64,000 bases of DNA from Chitinophagaceae bacterium (GTDB taxonomy: Bacteria > Bacteroidota > Bacteroidia > Chitinophagales > Chitinophagaceae): assembly GCA_947380905.1 (NCBI GenBank), contig CANCSS010000004.1:8549-72548 (forward strand), written 5' to 3'. A program made the translations under genes and the position numbers. Below, piece by piece: positions 30,160 through 39,403 of the stretch (its first letter is position 1; each line of letters starts with the position of its first letter). The notes below the pieces were generated by a model. That model searched no databases. It worked only from the letters and a program-made list of their open reading frames with translations, and was not told where the DNA came from.

Positions 30160-31665
30160 ATGAAAAAACATCTACTCCTTCTTTTATGCCCCTTCGTTTT
30201 ATTGACGATGTATGTAAGCGCTCAAAAAAATAAATCTATAGATACTGCGGCAACATTTGATGCCTATGTTCAAAAAGCCATAAAAGATTGGGAGATACCT
30301 GGCTTAGCGATTGTGGTAGTGAAGAACAATAAAGTAGTATTTAAAAACACTTATGGTACTACCGAACTAGGGACAGGCAATAAAGTAAACAATGAAACTT
30401 TATTTGCATGTGCTTCAACTACCAAGGCCATGACCGCTGCAGCTATGGGCATATTGGTAGATCAGGGGAAAGTGAAATGGGACGATCCTGTCATTAAATA
30501 CCTTCCAGGGTTTAGATTGTTTGACCCCTATGTGACTACTCAAATGCGCGTTAGAGATTTATTTTTACACAATTCTGGAGTAGGCAATACCGATTTTTTG
30601 TGGACCTTTAATTCAATAACAGGGGATGAAACAGTTGAAAAAATGCAACTGGTACCCCCTTCTTATTCTTTTCGTGCAGGATTTATTTATCAAAATATTT
30701 TTTACCATATTGCAGGGAAGGTAATTGAAAAAGTGAGTGGCATACCTTGGGCTGAGTTTGTTACTAAAAACATTTTTAAACCTTTAGGGATGAATCGCAC
30801 CAAAGCACAATTGGCTTGGGTAAAAGACAATAATATTTCCAAACCACATTTTAAAGTAGAGGGAAAAATTCAAGTGATAGATCGAGATACCGTTGATACA
30901 GACGGAGCGGCAGGGGCTGTTTACTCTACGATTGATGAAATTTCAATTTGGTTAAAATGTATGTTGGATAGTAGTAAGTATGAAGGTGGCCGATTGGTTA
31001 CACCAGCCACTTGGATGACTTTATTAAAACCTCAAACCTTCGTAACTGAATCCGAATTTTATCCTACCCAACAAATTACCAAACCCAACTTTACCACTTA
31101 TGCACTTGGTTGGTTTCAGCAAGATTACAAAGGAAAAAAATTAAATTTTCATACAGGTAGTTTGTCAGGGGAAATTGCCATTCATGGTCAAATGCCTTCA
31201 GAAAAAACAGGTGTTTATATTTTTGCCAATCTAGATCATGCCGAAGCAAGACACGCTTTAATGTTTAAAGCGTTTGATCAATATGCATTGGGGGGCGATA
31301 CAGATTGGAGCAAAGAATTCTTAGATTTATATGCAGGCATTAAAAAGAAAAGCGAAGACAATACCAAACAACAGGAAGCCAAAAGAGTGCTCAACACAAA
31401 GCCTAGCATGGATTTGACGGGATATGTGGGCACTTATAGCGATCCTTTATATGGAACGGTCACTATTTCGATTCAAAATAATTTGTTGCAATTAAGCAAT
31501 ATAAAAGCGGGCACTGCTAGTTTAACACATTGGAATTATGACAGCTTTTTATTGAACTGGAACAAGAAGTGGCAAGGTAAGGGCGTGGCAAATTTTCATA
31601 TTAATGTAGAAGGACAAGTAGACCATATCAATATAGATGGGGTGGTATTAGCCAAAATAAAATAA
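30160..31665 (+). CDS. Serine hydrolase (beta-lactamase class C/D-peptidase fold) with DUF3471-like C domain
   Basis: SxxK (STTK), YQN and HTG motifs; YVGTYSDPLYG C-terminal domain; signal peptide. Confidence 0.88.
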   Translation: MKKHLLLLLCPFVLLTMYVSAQKNKSIDTAATFDAYVQKAIKDWEIPGLAIVVVKNNKVVFKNTYGTTELGTGNKVNNETLFACASTTKAMTAAAMGILVDQGKVKWDDPVIKYLPGFRLFDPYVTTQMRVRDLFLHNSGVGNTDFLWTFNSITGDETVEKMQLVPPSYSFRAGFIYQNIFYHIAGKVIEKVSGIPWAEFVTKNIFKPLGMNRTKAQLAWVKDNNISKPHFKVEGKIQVIDRDTVDTDGAAGAVYSTIDEISIWLKCMLDSSKYEGGRLVTPATWMTLLKPQTFVTESEFYPTQQITKPNFTTYALGWFQQDYKGKKLNFHTGSLSGEIAIHGQMPSEKTGVYIFANLDHAEARHALMFKAFDQYALGGDTDWSKEFLDLYAGIKKKSEDNTKQQEAKRVLNTKPSMDLTGYVGTYSDPLYGTVTISIQNNLLQLSNIKAGTASLTHWNYDSFLLNWNKKWQGKGVANFHINVEGQVDHINIDGVVLAKIK

Positions 31666-31677
31666 AATAGATCAACC

Positions 31678-32859
31678 ATGGATTTTTCAAAATTTAAAAA
31701 AAGTACCACATCGGTTTGGGGTGGCGAAAGTGATTTAAATGTAAAAGGGGCGGTGACCACTCCTATTGTGAACAGTGTTGCTTTTGCATACGATGATGTA
31801 GATCATTGGCACGATGTTTCTTTGGGGAAAGCTCCTGGTTTTATTTACAGTAGAAATACAAATCCTACTGTGGCGGTACTAGAAGAAAAAATTCGTTTGC
31901 TTGAAGGAGCAGAAGCGGCTACTTCTTTTGCTACAGGCATGGCAGCCATTAGCAATACCTTATATACTTTTTTAACTGCAGGCAAAAGAGTGGTTTCTCA
32001 AAAAGACAATTATGGAGGCACGAGTAAAATATTTTTAGATTTTCTTCCTTTATACAATGTGCAAGTTCAATTATGTGACACCACGGATTTTGATCAGTTT
32101 GAAAAAGAAATTGCAAAAGGTTGTGATTTGGTTTATTTAGAAACACCTACCAATCCAACCCTTAAAGTAGTGGATATTAAAAGATTGGCCATAGCTGCAA
32201 AAAAAGTAGGTGCCATTGTGGTTGTAGACAATACTTTTGCCACTCCTATCAATCAAAATCCATTAGCATTAGGTGCCGATTTAGTAATTCATAGTGCTAC
32301 CAAATTTTTAGGTGGTCACTCGGATGCCATGGGTGGTGTGGTGGCAGGAAAAAAAGAATTGGTTCAAAAGATTTATCAATACCGTGAAATCAATGGAGCC
32401 AGTTTACAAGCAGATCCTGCATATATGATTGCAAGAGGAATGAAAACATTAGAATTAAGAATAGAAAGACAAAATGCTTCCGCTTTAAAAATTGCCCAAT
32501 ACTTAAAAGCGCATTCAAAAGTGGCTGACGTTTTTTATCCAGGATTGGAAACACATCCAGGTCATGCCATTGCCAAGCAACAAATGTCTGGCTTTGGCGG
32601 CATTATGAGTTTTGCTTTAGATGGCGGGTATGACCATGTCAAAAAATTATTAACGACCTTAAAATTGGTTCATTTAGCAGCAAGCTTAGGATCGGTAAGT
32701 ACTTTGGCTGGTCCGCCCAGAACTACCAGTCATGTGGAATTAACCGAAGCACAACGTAAATTATTAGGCATCCCTGAAAGTTTAATACGTTATTCGGTGG
32801 GCATTGAAAACGTAGATGACTTACTTCAAGATTTAGCAACCGCTTTAGCTAGTTTGTAG
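31678..32859 (+). CDS. Cystathionine gamma-synthase/lyase family PLP enzyme
   Basis: YSRNTNPT, GMAAI, ETPTNP, DNTFATP, HSATKFLGGHSD and SLG motifs. Confidence 0.92.
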   Translation: MDFSKFKKSTTSVWGGESDLNVKGAVTTPIVNSVAFAYDDVDHWHDVSLGKAPGFIYSRNTNPTVAVLEEKIRLLEGAEAATSFATGMAAISNTLYTFLTAGKRVVSQKDNYGGTSKIFLDFLPLYNVQVQLCDTTDFDQFEKEIAKGCDLVYLETPTNPTLKVVDIKRLAIAAKKVGAIVVVDNTFATPINQNPLALGADLVIHSATKFLGGHSDAMGGVVAGKKELVQKIYQYREINGASLQADPAYMIARGMKTLELRIERQNASALKIAQYLKAHSKVADVFYPGLETHPGHAIAKQQMSGFGGIMSFALDGGYDHVKKLLTTLKLVHLAASLGSVSTLAGPPRTTSHVELTEAQRKLLGIPESLIRYSVGIENVDDLLQDLATALASL

Positions 32860-32865
32860 CAAAAA

Positions 32866-34533
32866 CTATTTTGCTCCTGCTCCTTTTACAAATCGGCCAG
32901 GTTTTGCATTGGTATGTTCACCCTCCTTTAAAACTTGCACACCATTCACCCAAACATGCGACATTCCGGTTGCATATTGTCTTGGCTTTTCAAAGGTTGC
33001 GTGGTCTTTTATTTTACTTGGGTCAAATACCAATACATCAGCAAAATTGCCCACTTTCAATTCGCCACGTTTTTGCAGGTGTAAACTGGTTGCTGCTACT
33101 TTAGCAAGTTTATTAATGGCTTTTTCTAATGGCATTAATTTTTCTTCATTTACATATTGACCAATGACGCGAGAAAAGTTTCCATAGGCACGTGGATGGG
33201 CACTTTGTTTCATAAAGATTGAATCTGTAGATTCAGACGCGGCATCAGATCCAAAACTTACCCAAGGAAGCACGATTTGTTTTTTTACATTTTCTTCGCT
33301 CATTAAAAAATAAGCCACTTCAACACGACTGCTGTCTTGTATGATTAAATCAATTGCACAATCTTCAGGCGATGTATTTCTAATTTTTGCGACTTCCTCC
33401 AGTGTTTTGCCCGCATATTTAAATAAAGAATCTCTTCTAAAACCAAGCAACAAAACTTTATTAGCACTGCCTGCTCCATAATATAAATTTTCCCAATCTT
33501 TCGCATTGGTCTTCATGGCTAGTTTCATCTCGGCTCTTATTTTTGGATCTTGCAAACGAAGCCACAATTTACCAAAGCCTCCATCTTGTAAAGAAGGAGG
33601 AAAAGCTGCTGTCATACCAGTTGCGCCAGCCGTATAAGTATACATATTGGCAGCAATACTTATTCCATTTGCTCTGGCTTGCTCAACTAATTTAATCACA
33701 CTATCCATTTTAGACCAGTTCGCAATGCCTCCTGCTTTTAAATGATAAATTTCACCGTGCACTTTAGCCTCTTTAGCAATGGTTATTAATTCATTGACTG
33801 CTTCTATAAAATTATTGCCTTCGCTACGCATGTGTGAAATATAGCCCCCGCCATATGGAGCGGCTGCTTTACACAATTCAATCAGCTCTTCTGTTTTTGC
33901 AAAAAAAGCAGGCGGATAAATTAAGGAAGATCCTATTCCCAATGCCCCTTCTTCCATGGCTTGTCTAACCAAAGCTTTCATGCTTTCTAATTCAGCAGTA
34001 GTGGGGGCACGATTGTCTTCCCCAATAATATTTTCTCTTATGGTTGTCGCTCCTATAAAAGAAGCGATGTTGCAACTAATGCCCCGCTTTTCCATAAAAT
34101 GCATATACTCTCCCAAGGTATTCCAAGCAATAGGTATTTTATTAGGACCCCTTTGATTGTCTTCCATTTCTTTTTTCATCTTCGCATTCAAGGGCCCCAT
34201 ACTACCTCCTTCGCCAAATACTTCTAAGGTGACGCCTTGTCTAATATCGCCTTGAGAATTTCCATCTATAATTAACGAGGTGGGCGCCCAACTTAACATA
34301 TTAATAAAGCCTGGTGTAATAGCCATTCCCTTGGCATCAATTATATTTGAGGCGGTTTCTTTAGATAGATCTCCAATAAAAGCAATGGTATCTTTTTTTA
34401 TGGCGAGGTCGGCTTTGTATGGCGCGCCGCCATTGCCATCATAGACCAAACCATTTTTTATGATGGTATCATATTTATTATTTGAACAAGAAAATAAAAC
34501 GCTTACAATTGAGCACCATAATAGTTTACGCAT
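32866..34533 (-). CDS. D-aminoacylase-like amidohydrolase lipoprotein (variant metal site)
   Basis: Lipobox LFSC from ATG 34533; PGFINMLSW, GEG, SHMRSE, YHLK, GSDA and HPRAYG motifs. Confidence 0.82.
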   Translation of the reverse strand: MRKLLWCSIVSVLFSCSNNKYDTIIKNGLVYDGNGGAPYKADLAIKKDTIAFIGDLSKETASNIIDAKGMAITPGFINMLSWAPTSLIIDGNSQGDIRQGVTLEVFGEGGSMGPLNAKMKKEMEDNQRGPNKIPIAWNTLGEYMHFMEKRGISCNIASFIGATTIRENIIGEDNRAPTTAELESMKALVRQAMEEGALGIGSSLIYPPAFFAKTEELIELCKAAAPYGGGYISHMRSEGNNFIEAVNELITIAKEAKVHGEIYHLKAGGIANWSKMDSVIKLVEQARANGISIAANMYTYTAGATGMTAAFPPSLQDGGFGKLWLRLQDPKIRAEMKLAMKTNAKDWENLYYGAGSANKVLLLGFRRDSLFKYAGKTLEEVAKIRNTSPEDCAIDLIIQDSSRVEVAYFLMSEENVKKQIVLPWVSFGSDAASESTDSIFMKQSAHPRAYGNFSRVIGQYVNEEKLMPLEKAINKLAKVAATSLHLQKRGELKVGNFADVLVFDPSKIKDHATFEKPRQYATGMSHVWVNGVQVLKEGEHTNAKPGRFVKGAGAK

Positions 34534-34802
34534 GAAGTTGTATTTTAAGAAGTAGATAAAAAGTAAAGTTGATCTATGTAATTTAAGGATTTTTTTCAAA
34601 CTCATTTTAGGAATGGAAGCTTTGTCTTGTATTTCAGAGTAGGATATTTTTCACTAATTAGTGTTATTTTTCTACATCAAACATTGATATAAAGGCATTG
34701 TAAAGCAATACATTATGAAAATAATAGTTGGATATTTTGGAAAAAAGGCCAAGATTATTTAGCTTGAGAGTACTTAAACCAAATCACTAAACCATTTTAC
34801 TT

Positions 34803-36011
34803 ATGAGCCAACCTATTAATGCAAATCGACTGTTTTATGCTAGTTGCTTTGCACTTATCACGACCGCTTTCTCATTCAGTATCCGTGCTGGTATTTTGAC
34901 ACAGCTTGGAACAGAAATGCATTTAGACACCGTTCAACTTGGAACCATTAATTCAATGTGGTTTCTTGGATTTCCTATTTCTATGATTTTAGGAGGAATT
35001 TTTTATTCTTCTATTGGGCCAAAATTTATTATGCAAATTGCTTTGATCGCACATGCCATTGGTATTTTTTTAACGATTTATGCTACCGGTTACAACACCT
35101 TATTAATTTCTACTTTATTAATTGGGTTAGGCAATGGTTGTACCGAAGCAGCTTGTAATCCTATGATTGCAGACTCTTATTCAGGCATTCAAATGAACAG
35201 CAAATTAAATCGTTTTCATATGTGGTTCCCAGGTGGAATTGTATTGGGCGCTTTAGTTTCAAAATTTATGACAGATGCAGGCATGCATTGGCAAGCACAA
35301 ATTTGGGTTATTTTAATTCCAACGATTATTTATGCAATCTTGTTTTTTGGACAAAGTTTTCCTAAACCTAGAATTGCAGAAAATTCAGTAGTGGCTAATT
35401 TTAAAGCCATGTTGAATCCTTTGTATTTATTCATGGCAGCCTGTATGGCTTTAACGGCTATTTCTGAATTTGGTCCACAACAATGGGTAGGACCTATTTT
35501 AGCAAAAGCAGGTGCTAGCCCCATGTTGATATTGGCTTTGGTAACGGGCTTAATGGCTGTGGGAAGATATTTTGCAGGACCCTTGATTAAGCAATTGAAT
35601 ACCGTTGGTGTATTACTTACTTCAGCTGTATTTGGCGTTATTGGTATATACATGATGAGTACCATGAGCGGATCTATGTTGTATGTGGCCGCTGTATTTT
35701 ATGCCTTAGGTATTTGTTATTTCTGGCCTAATATGCTTGGCTATATTGCTGAGAATTTACCTCAAACTGGTGCTCTTGGACTTTCTATTTTAGGAGGTAT
35801 TGGAATGTTTTCTTCTTCTATGTTCCAACCTGTTATTGGTGGATGGATCAAAGCACACAAAGTGGTAGCAGAAGCAAGTGGATTAACTGGTGATGCCGCT
35901 GATTTAGCAGCTGGGCAAGCTACATTATCTAATATGCTGCTTTTCCCATCCATTTTAATTGTTGCTTTTATTGCCTTGTATTTTATAGGAAAAAAGAAAC
36001 AAACAGCTTAA
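34803..36011 (+). CDS. MFS transporter (putative sugar)
   Basis: About 12 TM segments; GNGCTEAACNP and FHMWFPGG motifs. Confidence 0.85.
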   Translation: MSQPINANRLFYASCFALITTAFSFSIRAGILTQLGTEMHLDTVQLGTINSMWFLGFPISMILGGIFYSSIGPKFIMQIALIAHAIGIFLTIYATGYNTLLISTLLIGLGNGCTEAACNPMIADSYSGIQMNSKLNRFHMWFPGGIVLGALVSKFMTDAGMHWQAQIWVILIPTIIYAILFFGQSFPKPRIAENSVVANFKAMLNPLYLFMAACMALTAISEFGPQQWVGPILAKAGASPMLILALVTGLMAVGRYFAGPLIKQLNTVGVLLTSAVFGVIGIYMMSTMSGSMLYVAAVFYALGICYFWPNMLGYIAENLPQTGALGLSILGGIGMFSSSMFQPVIGGWIKAHKVVAEASGLTGDAADLAAGQATLSNMLLFPSILIVAFIALYFIGKKKQTA

Positions 36012-36029
36012 TTAATTTAGCTTTTATAA

Positions 36030-36063
36030 AAAAGGGAGTCCCAATTACTCGGGACTCCCTTTT
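36030..36063. terminator. Bidirectional rho-independent terminator
   Basis: AAAAGGGAGTCCC-aattactc-GGGACTCCCTTTT between convergent genes. Confidence 0.88.
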
Positions 36064-36086
36064 AAGTTTTATAAATACTTCGTAAG

Positions 36087-37034
36087 TTATTTTAAAAATT
36101 CCTTGATGGCTTTTGCAACTGCATCGGGGGATTCTTCCATTGGAATATGCCCTACATTTTTTAAAATGACCATGGAATTATTCTGTAGATCTTTTTGAAA
36201 CAAATATGCGTCTTCTACCGCAATCAATTGATCTTGCGCTCCCCATATAATTAAAGTAGGCGCAGTAATCGTTTTTATAGGACTTGCATCTTGTATGGTT
36301 CTGTTTTGAAACAAAGACAGCGCAGCACGTCTATTACCTTCACGCAATAACATTTCATGGTATCTAGTTACAGTGGCTTCCGTAACTAAACTGGGGTCAT
36401 AAAAAACTGTTTCTAAACTTTTTTTAACCAATGATTTAGGAGTGATAAACAATAATAAATTATTGATGATGGGCATGCTGGCTATCTTAAAACCTAAACT
36501 TCCTTTTTCATTTTTTCTAGGATATCCTGCTGCATCAATTAAAACAAGTTGATTTACTTTATTAGGATGGGCCACCGTATACTGCCAAGCGATGGCGCCC
36601 CCCAAAGAATTTCCTGCTAAAATACATCGATTGATATGGAGCTGCATTAAAAAGGAATCTAAAAAACGAATATAATACGAAGAAGTGTAATTGTTTGCTG
36701 GATTAGGACCAGTGAGTCCAAAGGCAGGCAAATCCAATCGAATGATTCTTTTATGGGTAGTCGCTACTAATAAATTTACCAAGCTGTCCCAAGTGTGTAA
36801 AGAGGAAGAAGTGCCATGAATTAAAACAAGTGGAAGGGTATCCTCATTGCTCCCTTCTGAACGATAATGTACTTGCATCCCCATTATTGGCATAAAGGAA
36901 GAAGCGGCGGTAGTATATTTTGCTTTCAGCTTCTCTAATGGAATGTCTTTTTGTCCAAATACGGTAAAACCTACTAGCAGTAATAGGATCAGCCCTATAG
37001 CAATAGCACCTATTGCTTTACTTATTTTTTTCAT
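36087..37034 (-). CDS. Alpha/beta-fold hydrolase, N-terminally anchored
   Basis: LIHG, DLPAFG, GNSLGG nucleophile, WGAQD and GHIP motifs. Confidence 0.9.
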   Translation of the reverse strand: MKKISKAIGAIAIGLILLLLVGFTVFGQKDIPLEKLKAKYTTAASSFMPIMGMQVHYRSEGSNEDTLPLVLIHGTSSSLHTWDSLVNLLVATTHKRIIRLDLPAFGLTGPNPANNYTSSYYIRFLDSFLMQLHINRCILAGNSLGGAIAWQYTVAHPNKVNQLVLIDAAGYPRKNEKGSLGFKIASMPIINNLLLFITPKSLVKKSLETVFYDPSLVTEATVTRYHEMLLREGNRRAALSLFQNRTIQDASPIKTITAPTLIIWGAQDQLIAVEDAYLFQKDLQNNSMVILKNVGHIPMEESPDAVAKAIKEFLK

Positions 37035-37039
37035 GCTTT

Positions 37040-38437
37040 CTACTTTTTTGGAGGTACTTTTACTACCATGGTATCTGTTGGTAAATTTTCGGTCCGGTAA
37101 TTGCCAAAAATAATTTTAGCTTTTGGAAATGTTTTTTGAATTAATATAGAATCTTTATTGATGATGTTGGATTCGCCAAGGTATAATTCATTTAAATTAG
37201 AAAGTCTTTTTAATTGTAATAAACCCTTTAAGGTAATTTTTGTTCCTACTAAATTTAAATAATGTATTCTTTTTAAATTTTGAAAACTATTTAGTTGATT
37301 GTCCGTGATGCTGGAGTGTTCTATACTTAACCTGGTTAACGAGTCGCAAAAGGAAATAGCAGTAGCTAGCGCACTCGTAAAATTCATTCTTGGCATTTTT
37401 AGCCAAACAATATTGGCACCTAAATTTTTAATTAAATTATCAATGGTATCTGTGGTTTTTGCAACGGTAATAAAATTTGCCGTTAAGTAATTAGAATTAT
37501 TGGCCACTTTTAAAATGGTGACGCCCCATTTAGTTAAAGCATTGATATTATTTTGATTGGCTTGTTGAATTTCTTTAACAGGCACTTCGTTGTTGGTCAA
37601 AGGCTGGATGGTATTTTTTTCTAGTTTAGTCAAGATAGGAGCTATACTGGGTGGCTGTGTTAATTCTTTTACTTTTTTATCAAAATAGCCCCCCGAATTA
37701 ATCCACCATTCAAGTAAAATTCTTTCCTGTTCTGTTATTTGAGGTTTTCCTTTAGGTGGCATGTGTTTTTCATCCACAGGATCTAATATAATTTTTTTAT
37801 ACAGTGGGCTATTTAGGGCAGCCCCGTTATGAATAATGATGCCATCTTCTCCTCCTTTCAAAATCCATTCTTTGGTATCTAACCTTAATTTTCCTTTTTG
37901 TTTGATCTTAGAATGGCAGCCATAACATTTTTCTTCTAAAATAGGCTGGATAATATCGGCATACAAATAAGCTTCCTGTGCCATCGTAATAATGGGCTTC
38001 ACTTTTACTATTTTTTCTGAGGAGGTACTTTTTGTTAAATAACCTTCTCCATGGGTGAGTGTGCCCCCCAAATGTCCCGTAATAAAAATCAATACCAGTA
38101 AAGTGATCGAAATCCAATTTAATAATTTCTCTTTTTTCTTTTTTGTAAAATAAACACCCAGTATGGAAAATAACGCTACCGAAATGCCCAGCCATTGATG
38201 GTAAAATAAAACCTGTTCATCATATTCACCTTGGGAGGACAATGCCAATCCGCTTAAACAGGATAGGATAGCGGCTAGGGCACCTATTAAATAAGTAAAA
38301 GGAATAATAATCACAAAAGAAGCAAAGCGCTCTTTATAGGAGAGCCCATGTATTAAAATGGAAAACAACAATATCCCAATAGGTAAATGCACCAATAAGG
38401 GATGAAAATGTCCAAATAAATTAATAATGCGCTCCAA
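37040..38437 (-). CDS. Membrane His-rich (DUF2231-like) + planctomycete-type cytochrome c + LRR protein
   Basis: Four TM segments with HPLLVHLP, HQW and GHLGG-LTHG; CYGCH...HMPP; C-terminal LxxLxLxxxxI repeats. Confidence 0.8.
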   Translation of the reverse strand: MERIINLFGHFHPLLVHLPIGILLFSILIHGLSYKERFASFVIIIPFTYLIGALAAILSCLSGLALSSQGEYDEQVLFYHQWLGISVALFSILGVYFTKKKKEKLLNWISITLLVLIFITGHLGGTLTHGEGYLTKSTSSEKIVKVKPIITMAQEAYLYADIIQPILEEKCYGCHSKIKQKGKLRLDTKEWILKGGEDGIIIHNGAALNSPLYKKIILDPVDEKHMPPKGKPQITEQERILLEWWINSGGYFDKKVKELTQPPSIAPILTKLEKNTIQPLTNNEVPVKEIQQANQNNINALTKWGVTILKVANNSNYLTANFITVAKTTDTIDNLIKNLGANIVWLKMPRMNFTSALATAISFCDSLTRLSIEHSSITDNQLNSFQNLKRIHYLNLVGTKITLKGLLQLKRLSNLNELYLGESNIINKDSILIQKTFPKAKIIFGNYRTENLPTDTMVVKVPPKK

Positions 38438-38462
38438 TGAATTTTATTTTTTAAATAAAGAA

Positions 38463-39392
38463 TTAACTATGCTGATACCTTTTTCTTAATAACTGCATCA
38501 TGTATACATTGATCTCCCATTGATTGGATAGGGGCTGTTGAGTATAAGGCATGGTGGGCATATAATTGGGTGGACCAAATTCTGTTAAGAAAGTGAGTTG
38601 ATGTGCTCCTTTTTTAATTTTCATTTGTACCACTGCATCCCACCATTCCAAATGACGTTGCAGGGTGGTTTCCCATTCGGGGGCTCGTGGGTCATTTACT
38701 TGAGGACCTTCTGCATGACCAACGCGAGCATGAATATGATCGGTTCTAGACAAAGCCAATTGCACAGTTTTTTCTTGATCATGCAACAAGGATTCGTGCA
38801 CATTGCACCAATGTGAAATGTCCAATGTAATTCTAAGCGCTTCATTTTTTTCCATAAACTTTTTCGCATTGGGCGCAGCAAACAACATTCTTGAACGATG
38901 TGTTTCATGACAAATAGGAATGCCTGATTTTTTTGATTGTTCCGTGGTAAATTCTATTATTTCATTGTTCTCATCAAAAGAAAAATAATCTTTACCTGAA
39001 TGGCAATTGATATACAAAGGAGTTTGCTTTGTATTTTGAAGTAGGCTGCTTAGCATATTTTTGAATGCCGCTATATGTTTGTTGGGATCTTCTTCGCCTA
39101 CTCCACATAAAAATCCAATCGCTAAATCATGTTTTTTTAAAGCATCAAACAATTCGGTTTGGCCTTGTTGCTCCATGGGCCACCACATTTCTATACCATC
39201 GTATCCTGCTTTTTTTGCTTTGCCACAAAACGCATCTACGGTGCCTTCATAGCCCCAGTTGGTGGCCATGATAATGGGTTTAAAATTAGTAGGTTGCATT
39301 GTTTTAGTTGCATTTAAATATTTAAAAGGAGCCAGGCTTATCGCTGCAAGGCCTGTTGTATTGGTTAAAAATTTACGTCGATCTATTTTCAC
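38463..39392 (-). CDS. Sugar phosphate isomerase/epimerase TIM-barrel protein, Tat signal
   Basis: GTG start; DRRKFL, GYDGIE, HETHR, DISHW, HIHAR and TEFGP motifs. Confidence 0.85.
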   Translation of the reverse strand: MKIDRRKFLTNTTGLAAISLAPFKYLNATKTMQPTNFKPIIMATNWGYEGTVDAFCGKAKKAGYDGIEMWWPMEQQGQTELFDALKKHDLAIGFLCGVGEEDPNKHIAAFKNMLSSLLQNTKQTPLYINCHSGKDYFSFDENNEIIEFTTEQSKKSGIPICHETHRSRMLFAAPNAKKFMEKNEALRITLDISHWCNVHESLLHDQEKTVQLALSRTDHIHARVGHAEGPQVNDPRAPEWETTLQRHLEWWDAVVQMKIKKGAHQLTFLTEFGPPNYMPTMPYTQQPLSNQWEINVYMMQLLRKRYQHS

Positions 39393-39403
39393 AATGATTA
39401 TTT

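Noticed and set aside
30160-31665. Possible beta-lactam resistance gene
   Set aside because: The SxxK/YxN/HTG fold with a DUF3471-like tail is typical of general serine hydrolases; nothing shows true AmpC activity.
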